Shown: positions 13,370 to 27,069 of the stretch, piece by piece
How positions within the stretch are numbered: the stretch's first letter is position 1
Layout of the letters: each line of letters starts with the position of its first letter
Assembly: GCF_036321535.1 (NCBI RefSeq)
Contig: NC_087436.1
Span: 87,484,001-87,548,000 of the forward strand
Length of the DNA: 64,000 bases
Direction: 5' to 3'
DNA from: Camelus dromedarius
Lineage: Eukaryota
Program-made: the position numbers and the translations under genes
The notes under the pieces: generated by a model
The model's input: the letters and a program-made list of their open reading frames with translations, nothing else
Databases searched by the model: none
Told to the model about the DNA's origin: nothing

Positions 13370-13685
13370 CCTAAAGCACTTTTCTCCACCTTTCAGTCAG
13401 ATGAACTCCTATTCGTCCTTCTAAACTCCACAGAGATGCCATGTCCCCTGAGAATCCTAAATTCTAAATTCCCTAGGATTCTTAAAACAAGCCCCTTGCT
13501 TTCTCTCCTGTGCCATGCAGGTACTTAGAGTAATTATCATAATAAATTGTTACTTCTTTGTTTTCACGTCTGTCTGCCTGACTGGACTGTGAGCTCACCA
13601 GCAGGAACCATGTCTTAGTTATTTCTGTATTCGGTGCTGGGTACATGATAAGTGCTTAAGAATGTGGTCGAATTTTAAAATGAAT
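13370..13685 (+). mobile_element. L2 3' fragment
   Basis: aactcctattcgtccttc...gactgtgagctc...catgtctt...aagtgcttaagaatg. Confidence 0.7.
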
Positions 13686-14654
13686 TGAGTTGGACAACAG
13701 CTCCCATCTTGCACTTGTCTTCCCCAAGCTTATGACCCATGTTATTGTTTCCTTCACTCACATACTTGTGCTCCTTGAGGAATCGCGTTCAATCTCACTG
13801 TGCTCGAATTGCCCCATTCACCTCAGCACCTACCAGGGGCCAAAGTTCTGAAAGCTTCAAACTCAGATGCCAGGAAATACACTTCCCTCTTTGCACCCTG
13901 GTTATTTTTACTTAGCTTCTCTAATTCTTCCCAAGAATCGGACCTATGAAAGAGGGAAATATGTCTTCTAACTAAACAGTTACAGATAAGAATTTTAATG
14001 AAAATTCCCTAACTGGTCTGGGAAAACAAAATGCATATTAATGGATCAGGAAAGTTCCATAACATTCTCCTTATCTCTAAGTCAGACTGGCCAACTCTGA
14101 GCTCTGCTGGAGCCTGTGGGCTGTGGTTGGGGGGCTGTGATGGGTGGAATAGAGGACTGAGTGAGCACAAGGGCTTTTGAGGGAGGGTGGACAGGATGCA
14201 TGAATCAGATGTGGTTTATGTACAAGGTTATTAGACTTAGTTTTAGATCAAATTTTATATGGTTGATGGACATAAGGAGGCACAAGTTTGGAGTTAGCCA
14301 GATTAAGGTTTGAAAGATGGTTTGGTCAATTTCAAGCTTGATTAATTACATAGCTTGTGAGCCTGGGCATATTCTTTACTGGATCTCAATTTTATCGTCT
14401 GTAAAATGAAGATAGTAATAGTCACAGGATATCTGCTGGGATACAGTGAGCTTATCCCTTTAAGATATCTAGTGGCCCAGAACTGGAACACAGCTAGCCG
14501 AGGGTTACTTTCCTTCTTTCCTATTTGAAAGACTCAAGAGAGGCAGAGATCATCACCCCTGATTGTCCTCCCACTTGACCCTCTCCCCCCAACCTCTGGA
14601 AGAAAAAGGAGAGCTGTGTTTTGCCATGGAATGGAACCACTGAAGGCACTTTCT

Positions 14655-15270
14655 CTCACTCAACAAATATTATTCCGTGAATGTTGAATTATGAATTGGA
14701 CTACATTCCTTTGCTCAAGGAACTCACAGTCTAGAGAGAAAGACAAATCAGTAAGGAATTAAGATTTTATCCCTCCGGCAATAGAGAGCCATGAAGAGAC
14801 AATCATCCATGGATACAGGGTAGAGAATGGGTGGGAGGCAGAGAGATGTGGTACATCAATGCAGGTGAGAGCTATTTATAGCCGGATAAAAAGGGTTGCA
14901 GAGGGGAAATTGTGGGAGGAGAAAGGCAGTTAGAGCAGGTGTGCTGATTTAACACATGGTAAAGAGGGAGACTTGACACCACTTGATAGACTGAATGGAA
15001 AGGAGGTGAGGAAGGAGAGGAATCTTAGAGTCTTTTACTGAGACAGGAATACAAAGGGAAGGAGCCTGTTGTGGGAGCAGGGAAGAAGGGTTGATAAGTT
15101 CAATTTTAGACACTGAGTTTGCGATCCTATGGGACCTCCAAATAGAGATGTGCAGCTGGCAAATGGCTGTGCAGTTCCTCAACACTGTAAAGAGGTGTGA
15201 GCTACAGGCTGAGGCTTGGGAGTCACGATATGGATGGTGGATGACCTGATGAGATTATCCAGGAGATGTA
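14655..15270 (-). mobile_element. L2 fragment
   Basis: ctcaaggaactcacagtctag; gataagttcaattttagacactgagtttg; agagatgtgcagctggca. Confidence 0.7.
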
Positions 15271-15765
15271 GATCCTAAGCTTTTGATCAGGAGACCAAAT
15301 AAAATATTTATCACTTTTAATTACAAGGTTGGCTATGTCTTTGCGGCCTAAGGTTGTGTAGCTAAAACGTGAGTAAAGAGTAAGCCACGAAATCAGGAAT
15401 GGGACCCCACCGCAGCTTCAAGAACCCATAACTTGTTCTACATGGTTCAAAGATAGTGGCTTCTCTGGTCCCTCTTCTGCAAACATGTTTTGATTTGACT
15501 AATATTCAGAGAAAGGCCAGAGATGCAGCTGAGCTAAAGCATGACCACTGTACCTGTCTCCCTGGCCCAGATTCCCACAAAGCAACTTAAGGTGCAAATG
15601 AGTGTGGACAGAGCTATGAGGACAGGACTTCATCCTGGCCTGATGGAAGTCGGCCCTCCTCCCAAGTTTCCTCATGCCTTCCAATTAGGTCTCTGGCTTT
15701 CAACATTCAATTCAGTGTGCCCATAGCATTTCCTAGGTGCATGGCATTAGTCCTGCCTGGGCCAT

Positions 15766-15779
15766 GTTGCCATGACAAC
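15766..15779. promoter_or_regulatory. RFX X-box motif
   Basis: GTTGCCATGACAAC, one mismatch from the palindromic GTTGCCATGGCAAC; function not shown. Confidence 0.45.
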
Positions 15780-16089
15780 AGCATTCAGTCAAGTCTCCTG
15801 GGTAAGAGCAGCCTTTCTCACCTTGGATTGTATATAGTCTTAATACTGCCTCTGGAATCAAATTACAAGCAGGAGGGTCCAACTTGAACTGCTCTCTTCT
15901 TGGCTAAAGGAATCTGTATGGCATTTTATAGTAGCCATGGTAATTGCAAATCTTAACATATATGAATCATTGAGGTAGTTGTCTAAGAAAAGTTAACATT
16001 GATAGGCCTGTTCACTGAAGTATCTCATATCCAGCGTAAGGAAATAGTTGATCATGGACACAGAGTCATGGTTTCACACAATGATTACA

Positions 16090-16310
16090 TAGTTGTCAAA
16101 AGAACTGGCTCTGGAGCTTGACTGACTGGGTTCAGTTTGTGGCTTCAACGCCTATTAGTGACCTTGGGCCTCTATTTTCCAGTCTTTAAAATGGAAATAA
16201 TAATCCTTTCCATGTCACTGCACTATGGTGAGAATTAAATACAGGTGGAGTGCCTAAAACAGTGTCTGGCACATAGTAAATGCTCAATAAACACTTGGTA
16301 TTATTATTTA
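16090..16310 (+). mobile_element. MIR SINE
   Basis: ggctctggagc...gtgaccttggg...acagtgtctggcacatagtaaatgctcaataaa. Confidence 0.85.
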
Positions 16311-19300
16311 TATGATTACTTCTAGATGTTTCTAGAAGGAGGATAGGGTACTGAAGCTTGTCTCAGTCTCACAAAGTCATCCAAAGTAAACATCACAAAT
16401 ATGGAGTTAATTAAGAAAAGGTGAATGGGAGAATGTCAGAGTCAACTTAGAAGAGCTGGAGTTGGAACACTAGCTGCACACAATCTAGCCAGTGACGTCT
16501 TGCAGAAGCTCAGACCATCAACGTGTAATGAAAAGGCCCGGAGGACTACTTAGAGTCCAGTTAGCTCTGACCAACCACATTCAGTGACCTGGGTGTAAAT
16601 GAGTCAAAAACACATGGACTCGATTTCCTGTCGAACACACATGAGTTTCAGAATTAAGAGGAAGGAGCACTTGCCAAAATGCATTTTGTAATAATCACTG
16701 TAATAATGAATGGTTCTTGAGCCGGAAACATCAATGGATCATCTGTGATGCTCATTAAACCCACAAGGGAGCAGGTTGAAATACTCAGGAAATACTTAGA
16801 AAAAAATCAAAGAAGCTCTGTCCCATCAGAGTTTGAAAGTTGAATTAAGAATAGATGTGAGAAGAAAAAAAGAAGGTGCTTCTGATTTTGGTCAGGAGCA
16901 TGGCACTGAGAAGGAGAAAAAAAGATAGATTGAAAGGTGACAACTTGCTTCTCTGGACCGAATGCAGGATTGCATACTGGGAGGCTGGCTCCTGTGTCAC
17001 TTCTGCCTGAGTTAGCTGCCGGACCTTGAACAAATTCCTTCACCTCCTCAAGCCTGTTTCCACATCTGTGAAGTGAGGATTTGGGATACGATGGCCTCTA
17101 AGCTCTCCTGCCATTGTGAACATCAGTAAGCATTTTTAAGCAGAAAATAGGGACTAGAATCCTCTCGGTGTCTAGTAAGCAAATACCGTGTCCTAATTAG
17201 AAACAATATATCAGGTACTTGAAGATCTGGAAGAGAAGAATGTTAGAGAAGAGAAAATTTTCCTGATCGTAGAAAACCTCTGCTTTTGCCAATTGAATGC
17301 CTCATTGAGGAAAGCTGAAAAATTCACATCCAGATGGGAATGTTTTCATAAGGCAGTTTTGGCCCAAGCTCCTGTTGCTGCAGTCAACTGCAGTTTTCGC
17401 TAATGAGTTTTGGCAGGATTAGAAATATTCAAGTAAATGAGAGATGTGGCAAATACACATTGTGACTGAACTGCAAATGTCTGGGTGAAAAAAAATAAAT
17501 CAAAATTCACCCCAAGCCAAATATTCTAATCAGAGAACATACTTCTGGGATAACCACAATAAATCTAAATTATTATTATAATCATTGTCAGACCTTTATT
17601 GTTTAACCTTTGCTTAGCTAAATTTTACATATTTATGATTAGAATTTGGAGCAATAGTTTCTGAGTTTTGTCAGTTGCTAGTTTGCTCCTGGGGTCACTT
17701 GCCTTCGTATTTGCTGCACTTAACAGACCCTCACTTTAAAATGATGGCAACTGATGGCAGAAGAGGAGGGAGAGGTTTTTTAGATACTTCATTTTTCTCT
17801 CGTATTTTCTTGTTTTCATCAGAGCGTATATTTTTTCTTATTATCGGGATTGACGATAATTTACCATAGATGCTGCTGTACGTGGTTATGAAGGTGTTGC
17901 TCCTTACATAATTCTGAGATGAAAAAGTTGGCATTCTGCTTTTAATTCATTCACCAAAACTCTCAAAGAGGTTTTTTTCTTGAAAGAAGCATAACCTAAA
18001 ATGGGTTTAAATCACTCAAAATTAAATAATTTTTTTAAGATTATTTTGTTTAGTCTTAGGAATGCTAGCACACCAAACAATTCCACAAAGATTCTAATTA
18101 TGAATAAAACTGAGTTTTATTAGCTGGCCTTGTATTATTATTTTAATTTTTATAAGCTCTTGTTGGCTAGAAAAGAATGTAAATTTCTTCCTAAAGCTAT
18201 CTAGCTAAGACATTCTCTTAATGTTCCTAGAGTGAATCAATTTATCTATTTAACTGCTTGCAAGATCTTTTGTTTTTGTATGTAAAGTCAACAACTTTTA
18301 CAGTAATTCAAAATTAGCATAATATTACATTCTTGAAATTAGTCAGGGCATGCCTACTTCAAGGAAATAATAGAAGTTCAACATATTAAACACATAGAGA
18401 GATTTTTAATCCAAGTTACGCCAACAATGCTTACCTACGTTTAAAAGTGAGTATTCGAAATGTTAATCAGTTTAACTGGCATGCTTTGTTCATAACGTAG
18501 ACTTGGTTGCAATGATTAGATACCATAGATGTGATTGGAATTTACCCAATCACGCAATCCTTGAGCCCACCCAAGTTCAGGGAGGCCAGAAATGATACTG
18601 AAGAAGCCTTTGGCTACTCAGCCTTCCAACAGTGGGGGCCAACGCCAAAGCTAAAGAGGGGCTTTTGGCAGAATCCAGCCTGCAGTGCCTTTCTGCAAAG
18701 TTCACAGGGCTTCCCTCCAGAGCCTCTTAAAGAGAATTCTTTGCTCAGCCATTTCTGAGCCTTCTTTTTACTATTCAAGATTATGGCTGGAAATTTTAAA
18801 AACCAAAGCACTTACATTAAATAAATGAGAGAGGCATGGACCTGGAAGGCAGAAGCACAAGGTGTTAGAGATCGGCTGAGGTTGGAGAGAAAGACAGAGA
18901 CCAGAGATTGGGGGGTGGGGGAGGAGGGAAGCAGCTGCTAGAAAGATGCAACTCTAGGGAGAGATGTTTTAAGATTGTGTTTAGGAATTTTTGTTGTGTG
19001 TTGTGTGGCAGGATTTTCCATTTGCTGCCTCTTCAAAGAGACTTTCATAAATTCTCTTTTGGGACACTTTGATGTGAAATTTCTTTTCCTTCTAGATGAA
19101 TCACATGCTTATTATTTGGAGAACAAGAAGCTTAGTCTTATTTAAATGGCAAAGAAGAAAGCCAAAATCATGCTCCTCTTGTGACAGTGTTCACATTTAA
19201 GTAGCTCTTAGTCAGAAATGACAAATGGAATTACATTTCACTCACATTAGAAATGTTCATTTTGACTCAGCAACTCCACTTCAAATAATCTAGAATATTT

Positions 19301-19908
19301 AGAAATGTAGGCAAACATCAATGTGCAGAACTATTCATTTTACTGTTTTATGTAGGAGCAAAAACAGTGGAAATCTCCAAAAAAGAAATGATTCAGTAGA
19401 TGACATATCATCACAGGACGGAATGTTGTTATCTATTAAAATGACGTCTTTAAAGAGCTTTTTATTAATTTGGAAAGGTCTCTGTTTTTAAGGGATTTTT
19501 AATCAGTGTAAAGTATAATTTTATGACTCTGTGATGTATTTTTACCAGTATAAAATATATGTTTGACACGTGTTTTGTTTGCATCTTCCTGAGAGTTTTC
19601 CAGGCAAAAACAGCTTTGGCTAGACAAATGGAATAGAACTTGGAGCTTCAAGTACCCATTTATCTGTGCTTTGTAGCCCTTTGAAAATAATTTCCCCAGG
19701 GAAAAAGCCTGGCCCTGTTCGGGAACAAGCACTTCTTCAGCTCACTTCTAAATAAATAATAGAATGGAGTTCAAAAAAGATGAGTTAGGCTAGGCCACTT
19801 AATTTTTCCAAGAGGATTTCAACTCTACCCTCAGGATATCACTCCAACTCCTGGAATCTCTACCACCATCACCACCCAAGCAGTCTCTTAAGACCCATGG
19901 GTCTACAT

Positions 19909-20091
19909 CAGTGGTTCTCAAAGAACGATCCCTGAAGCAGCAGCAGCAGCACTTGGGAAATTATTAGGATGCAAATTATTGGACTCCACCCCAGACCCTC
20001 AAAACCAAAACCTCCTGTGGTGAGCTGGGAATCCAGGTTTTAATAAGCCTTCTTGGGAATTCTGATGTAAGTGCAAGTTTGAGAACCATTC
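19909..20091. mobile_element. MER5A hAT MITE, full length
   Basis: Terminal inverted repeats CAGTGGTTCTCAAA ... TTTGAGAACCATT. Confidence 0.88.
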
Positions 20092-20394
20092 TTCCATATT
20101 TAACTCCAGGTGCTCACTGGTGGCAGACCTGACTACTATACTCCCCAATACTCAGTAATTGTTGGACGAAAAACATTTTAAAACCATATTTACAGTTGAT
20201 TAATTACAGGATACAAAGTCCATCTATTTTTCTTTAAAATGCAAAACCTCCCTCTATGGAGTGTGCTGCACCTCCAGGTTGGTTGCCTTTCCTGAATTCT
20301 CCTTGGTCTTTATGGAGAGATGCTACAAAGCACAGACCACGAAACTCATCTTTTGCCCCAGTTGGGGTGTTCCTGAAGTCTCTACTCTGGCAAT

Positions 20395-20560
20395 CTCCCC
20401 TGACTTGAAATGATATATTATGAATTTATTTACTTGCTCATCGTCTGTCTCTCCCACTACAGTGTAAGATCTCTAACACGAATGTCATTAACTGCTAGCA
20501 CCCAGAACAATGCCTGACCCAGAGCAGGTGTTTAATAATAATGCACAATAAATGAAAGAA
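20395..20560 (+). mobile_element. L2 3' end
   Basis: gtctgtctctcccactacagtgtaagatc...agaacaatgcctgac...aataaatgaa. Confidence 0.65.
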
Positions 20561-20804
20561 TAAATAGCTACACAGTGTTTAGTTACATTACACAGTGGCC
20601 ACGTGTTTATAAGATTACTTCTGCCTGGTCATAACATCAACAAGGGCAGTATTTCTGTTGGCCATTTGGTCTGTTTTTAGTTTTGTGAACACCAAGCCTT
20701 TTGTCATTGACAAGGCTCCCCTTTTGGAATGTCAGATGCCAGGATAAAGGTTTTGATGGTTTGGAATTTTTGGTCATATCACCTGTTTTGTGACTTGAAA
20801 TATG

Positions 20805-20985
20805 AGCACTTAACCGCAGTGTTCTGGTTCAAATTCCAGTCCCACCACTTACTTTCATTGTGACCTTGGGCAAATTAAATAATCTTTGTCTGCCTCAATC
20901 TCCTCATCTGTAAATTAAGATCACAAGAGTTTTTTACTTTATATGGTAAAGTGCTTAGAATAGTGCCAAGTTCTTAGTAAGTGCT
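20805..20985 (+). mobile_element. MIR SINE
   Basis: ggttcaaattccagtcccaccacttac...tgtgaccttgggcaa...cctcatctgtaaa. Confidence 0.8.
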
Positions 20986-21143
20986 GTTGTGATGGTGGTG
21001 GTGGTAAAGGAGATATGTAAACAGAGAGACATAAAGAAAATACGCTTAAGTGTTTATAATGGTCATCTCTAGGTGCAGAGTTAAGGAATTGCTATTTCGT
21101 TCTTACATTTCTGTGTCCTCAAAATCTTAAACAAGAACATGTT

Positions 21144-21216
21144 AAAAAAAAAAAAAAGAAGAACAAGAAGAAGAAGAAGAAAAAGAAAGAAAGGAAAGGA
21201 GAAAGAAAGAAAAAAG
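21144..21216. repeat. Polypurine A/GAA/GAAA simple repeat
   Basis: About 70 nt of almost pure purines on the + strand. Confidence 0.9.
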
Positions 21217-21649
21217 TCACATGGGGTCCTCGACTTGTATAGCTGATTGTAAAAAACATGACAGGAGAATTTACTCTAGTCAGATCCCTAAAGAGCAATA
21301 TACAGAAAAAAATCAGCCCTCCAGTTTATCCTAAGATATATGGTTGGAGCAGATGACTGTGAGAGACACAGAGAAGATGAGTCAATCATAAAGATGGCCT
21401 TGTTGGCTTATTTCCCGTAAGAATTCCTGAAATCCGAATGTGGACATGTAGGAAGATGGTGATGGTCTTGTACTTCCCTTACGTGTTTCAACCACAATAA
21501 AGGGTGTTATTTTACGGCTTTACTGCCATCTCTAAACTCTTACCCATTTTAAGCCCAATTTTAAAGTAAAAAATAACAAAAGAAGTGGCAAGCAATAAAA
21601 GGCACAGTTGTGGCAGAACCCACTTAAAGTGTGAGGCTCATTGCCTAGG

Positions 21650-22100
21650 TAAGGTGCAGTGCTGGGTTGTCTCCTTGCCCTTCCAGATCCCCCCTTCCCC
21701 CTGCTCTGTGCCCTGGGACACTGACCTCTATGGAGTCTATCAGTCGGGCTTCTGATTTCAGTCTGATTTCTGTCCATTTTGTCCAGTAGCCATCCCTGGC
21801 AAGGGACTGAAGGTCAAAAGAGAAAGACGTTGGAATATTTGCTCCAGGCTCTTCCCTGCAGGACCTTGGGTTGGCAGTGGTTGTGGTCCTCCACCCATGG
21901 CTACAGTCCCCATCAGGCAGCCCTCTATAACAGCTGCAAACACCTTCCATGTTCCAGCAACTGCTGCTTCTCATTTCTTCTCCAGGCTCAGGCTGGAATG
22001 GCTTGCTTCCAGCTTCAGCTAGCCCCAAAATGTTCCATCATAACTCACTCATTTCTCTTAGCCCTCCCCAGACCTTCATTGAACTCTTGACAATGACCTT
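21650..22100. mobile_element. ERVL LTR (LTR33-like)
   Basis: ccctgctctgtgccctgggacactgacctctatgga...ttgggttggcagtgg. Confidence 0.6.
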
Positions 22101-22655
22101 GTTTAAGTGTCAGGAGGGCCAAGGCTCTGACTGGTACAGAGGGAAACCCACCAGGCTTGCCCACAAAACATGGTTCCAAGCCTCCTCGCAGCCAAGTCAA
22201 AGAGAAGAGCATAATGGATTACGTGGCTCTCCTATTCTAGCAAAAGGAAGCACCTCAGGTAGGTAGCAGAAGATTTTATTTTCTTTACAAGGGGCACTGA
22301 GTAGAATTTTTCACAGGCATCTTTACAGAGTGGACGTGTCCATACATCCCACCACCATCACGGTGCTCTAAATCCTCATGCAGGAAGAAAATGATCAGCA
22401 CCAGGGTCAAGTTAAGAAGTGGTGCAAGAGTGAGGGAGTTCAGCACCATGGGAGAAGGTCACCGTGTCTAGCCAAGGTGATAATCATGCCTGTAACCAGA
22501 CTGCCAGGAACTTTGTCTTATTTACTGGGGTCTCTTGGTAGAATCATGCCACCAGGCACAGAGAAGATTCTCAATAAATAATTGTTGAATAAGACAATGA
22601 ATATCTTAAAATTTTTGAAGTGTCGTATCTTGGCCTTTTATATTATAGCTTCTAA

Positions 22656-22873
22656 CAATTCTTTTCTTTTTCTTTCTTTTTCTTTCTTTTTTCTTTTTTT
22701 GGCTTTTTAATTTGTTTGTTTGGGGGTTTTTTTTGTTTTGTTTTATTTTGGTTTGGTTTCTTGGAAGGGGGTAATTAAGTTTGTTTGTTTGTGTATTTTA
22801 ATGGAGGTACTGGGGATTGAACCCTGTACCCCTTGCATGCTTAGGCTCTCTGCCACTGAACTATACCTTCCCC
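22656..22873 (-). mobile_element. tRNA-derived SINE (Vic-1-like) with TSD
   Basis: Antisense tRNA head; perfect 14-bp TSD ATTATAGCTTCTAA at 22642-22655 and 22876-22889. Confidence 0.92.
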
Positions 22874-22931
22874 ACATTATAGCTTCTAAATGCCAGTTTT
22901 CCCTCAAGGAGGAAACATGACATGGTAGAAC

Positions 22932-23110
22932 ATGGCTCTCAAACTTGGCTGAACATGGGTGTTATCTGAAGAGCTGTGACAAATACTGTTGCTTGGGTCT
23001 TATGCCAAGTTATTCTGATTTCATTGGTCTGGGGTTCAGCCAGCACATGAGGGATTTTTTTTTTTTTAACACTATCCAGATGATTCTGATGTGCAGATTG
23101 AGAACACGGT
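22932..23110. mobile_element. MER5-family MITE
   Basis: atggctctcaaact...attctgatttcattggtctgggg...gatgattctgatgtgcagattgagaac. Confidence 0.7.
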
Positions 23111-24799
23111 TTTGCAAAAATCTTGTGAGATTGGAGTCAAGAGCCCAGGGTCCAGGCCTCAGTTCCACTAATGACAAGCAGAAAGTTCAACTCCTCTGAG
23201 CCATAGTCTTCCCATGTGTGAAAATGAAGACAAAAATATCTGCCCTGATTATCTCACACTTTTTGTGTGAATTAAGTCAAATTAAGTCCATCAAAATTCT
23301 TCATAAATTCTAAAACACCCTACATAGATATCACCATGTTAGCATATTGACAGTAGTAACACATAAGCCTGTTTACAGTGTTGAATATTCTTCCTCAGGT
23401 TACATTTTAAAGTCCCCACAGAAGTGCCTTTGATGTTGAAACTTTCTTGAGATGCTACTTGAGGTCTGTAAACCATTATCTCCAAAGCTGAACAAGACAC
23501 ATCGTATTGGGCATCAAGACTGATAGTTCAAGGTAGAGGAAGAAGGCTTTCCCTCCAAACTTAATGAGCTTGTAAAACAGCCATGCTCAGAATGTGAGTT
23601 TCCATGGCCATTTGGCCACACATCAGTACAGCCGCAAGCTTGGTCATGTTGGAGGGTCCAGCTGTGGCCCAGGGTGGATGGACTTGATCCCAGCATTGTT
23701 CTTTCACACCCAGGTGTACGTCCCATGATGGTGATCATTACCTTGGGTCCTTAGCACTACTTGGCTCCCTTCCATTGTTTGTCTCCTTAATGTGTGTGAT
23801 CATAAGAGATTACATTCCTTTTCCTTTTCAAAACCTCCAATAGATATTTATAAAAATTCTATCCAAAATATTTGGTCTTCCATATTCTAACTAGTATAAT
23901 TCTCTTTAAATCTGGTGGGATATTCTGAAACTTTCTTTGGACTAAAATAAATAGTAGAATTCAAATGATACATTTTTATAAAACTGTAGATTGTCTTCTA
24001 TTTACTTGAAAAATCTGTTTTCCCTATAAAGTGTTTAGTGTTTACTAGACCCCATTTAATTTCAACAAAATTTTCCAGGATGAGGAGTGGAGGTTAGAAA
24101 AACCTGTGGGTTTTTTCCGACCTAAACTTTACTGTAAGTTGCCTTAATCGTGTGAGTCTCATGCTGGCTCATCACCACACAGCCATTTCCTAGAGCAAAA
24201 AAACATCTCCCTTACAAGTATGGAAGCCTTGTCAATCAAGTCTGAATTCTTTAGGAAAATTACTTCTTGCTAATGCCATGATTTTAATCCAACCAAGTGC
24301 CTTTGACATCTCTTTAAGTTTACTCTAGGCCCAAACATCAATTTATAAATTCATTTGTACAGATACTGCTGGGAGATGCTGAACTGGGATGGAGTAGGTT
24401 TCTAAGAGGCTGTAGGATTGTGAGGATGTGGAAGGCGCAATGAAGAGAAGGTCACTTTGCCTGGAGAATTTGCCTGAGAAGATCCAACTAAATGTTAGCT
24501 CTACAGATGAGAAACAGAACAGAATCCTCATAAATCTGAAAAATATAAGAAAATGTGTTTAAAAAGTGAATAGATCAGATATAAAGCAAGAGATGGTGGG
24601 GGCATTCAGAAAAATATTAATACATCTTTTAAAACAAACACTGGAATACTTTGACTCCTTGATAGCACTTATATGCTTCAATGATTTTATATGATCAACT
24701 TAGCAGTTCAGCAATTAGGCAAATTACAGCCATGTAATTTTTAATCAACCATGTAATCAGCCATGACAGATTACATGGTCTTAGCATGTAAAACCATGC

Positions 24800-25062
24800 C
24801 CAGATAAAAATCACCCTTTTTACGTGTACAATTCAATGGTTTTTAGTATATTCACAGAGTTAGTATTTTCACCACTATTGCTACCTAACTATAAGAACAC
24901 TTTTATCACCCCAGAAAGAAATCCAGACTCGTTAGCAGTCACTCCCCATCCCCCCCGACCCCCACCCCTTACTTTCAAGCCCTGGCAGCCACTAAGCTGC
25001 TTTCCATCTCTATGGATCTGCCTATCTTGGACATTTGCTACAAATGGAGTCGTACAATATGC
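24800..25062 (-). mobile_element. Old L1 3' end (L1MB-like)
   Basis: gtgtacaattcaatggtttttagtatattcacagagtt...tctctatggatctgcctatcttggacattt. Confidence 0.85.
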
Positions 25063-25064
25063 AG

Positions 25065-26282
25065 TCTTTGCATTCATGTTTTCCTTTAATTCTTTGGACA
25101 TTTTTTCCTTTAGTTCTTCGCACATATTTATAATAGCTGATTTAAAGTCCAACAGTTGGACTTCTTAAGGGACAGTTTCTGTTGACTTCTTTTTCTCCTT
25201 TGTATGGACCATAATTTCCTGTTTCTTTGCATGTTGGAAACCGGATATTTTATTTTATTGACACTAGCTATTTTAAATAATATAACGTGGCAATCCCCAA
25301 AATAAGATTGTCCTCCTCTCCGGGGATTGCTATTGTTGCTGTTCTTTGTCATCATTACTATTTGTTTGCTTATTTGATTTCCTGACTAGTTCTGTCAAAT
25401 CTATATTATTTTTTACTTGCAGCCACTGAAGTACCTTCTTGGTTGGCTTAGTGGTCAGCCAACGATTGTACAGAGATTTCTTTAAATGCCTTAAACCAGT
25501 ATGTTTCCCACTCTTTTCCAAGGGGTTCTGTGTGTGTGTCGTGGCATGTCTTCAGCACTGTGGCAGTTTGCAATTCTGCCTGAGCCTTTACTACTTGCTT
25601 ATACAGAGCCTCAAGGTCAAACAGGGGCTAGAAATTAGAGCCTTCTCTTTTCTGGTCATGCATATGTGGGTGGCCTTCTAGATTCCCGGTAATATGTTGG
25701 AGCTTTTCAAAGACCCCTGTAGACCTCTCATTCTTCAAGTTTCCCTTTGGAAATCCCCACCTGGTACCACTGCCTCCAGCAATTGTGGTGCTACACGATT
25801 GCCACTGATTATTTACAACAAACATACTGGGAAAATAGATTTCCCACTGAGTAAGGTCTGAGTCAAGTTAAATAAAGACCAGCTCTGTAAATGAGGTTTT
25901 CAGAGAGCTGCAAGACAGGTCAAATCATGATAACTCTGGAAATGGGGTTTTAGGGGAGCTCCGAATCCATTTGTACTCTTCCGGGGCTGGGAGGCTATTG
26001 GTTTTCACAGCTGCTGGGATTGCGAAGCTGTCTGTATTCAAGGCTACCATGAAGCTGGGGAGAGGAGGATGAGATAGGAATAGTTAAAGTGCCACAAAGT
26101 ATGCTGTCCTTATCAAGATACAGTCATTTTTCTTGAATAAATTCTCCTTGGATTTATGCAAACTTTTAATTAATTTACAGAAATGAAAAGGTTACTTTTG
26201 AAAAATTTTACTGTCATTTTTGTTGCTTTTATTGAGGAGTGGATTTTTGGAGGTCCTTATTCCACCACCATTCTGGAAGTAC
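25065..26282 (-). mobile_element. Old L1 5'UTR/ORF1-start fragment (L1M)
   Basis: Antisense translation MDFKSAIINMCEELKEKMSKELKE is L1 ORF1-like; ends at ...ctggaagt, the reverse complement of an old L1 5' start. Confidence 0.75.
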
Positions 26283-26979
26283 TTCTCCTCCAATTAATAA
26301 TTTCTCAAGTGTCATTGAGATAGCCCTGGTTTGGAATCTCAGCTCCAATTTCAGCCAGCCATGTGACCTTCCTAAGCAGTGTGGTTTCCATTTCAGAAGA
26401 TTTCTGCAAGGATTATCTTGGAAAATATATGTAAGAGCCCATAGTAGATGCTCCTAAATGTTTATTTTTCTTTCATTTTGCCTGAAATGAAGTGATACTA
26501 GCACGCCACTCTAGTAGCAGATGTAGTAACAAACCTGCTGTCCATTAACTGTCAACCTGGACAGATCACTTCAGTTCTAGGCATCTGTATCAGCTGTAAA
26601 ATGGAGGGGTTTGCTGGCCTCCTGAGTCCATTCCAGCACTGTTTCTATGAAAACTGGTGCTTTCTTTTTCTACTAAGCAAATTAATAATGCCAATAGGCA
26701 GGTTTTTAAAAAAATGACTCTAAACACTGCCTCTAAGCATTTTCAAAGTCAAAATAGCATGATACATTTACCTGCACAAAATATGTCATTTATAGCTTAT
26801 TTTATTAGCTTGTTATATTAGACATCCTTTTAAGCAGAGTATTATTAATTTGGGGGATGTTTAAATTCAAATGTACTAACAGAGTTTCAACTATTAATTC
26901 TGATTTTCATGAATTTGCACTATCCATATTTTTTTCTAAATTTGTAAGGGAAACTGAAGCAAAAATAAATTAATAAAAT

Positions 26980-27069
26980 AAAATTTGGGCTCTACACTGG
27001 AATTTGACACAACATTGTAAAATTATTGTAAATCAACAAAAAATGTTTAAAAATAAAATAAAATAAAAG
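26980..27069 (+). mobile_element. Very short young L1 3' end
   Basis: ctctacactggaatttgacacaacattgtaaaat matches the L1 termini at about 585-615 and 29735-29765. Confidence 0.85.
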
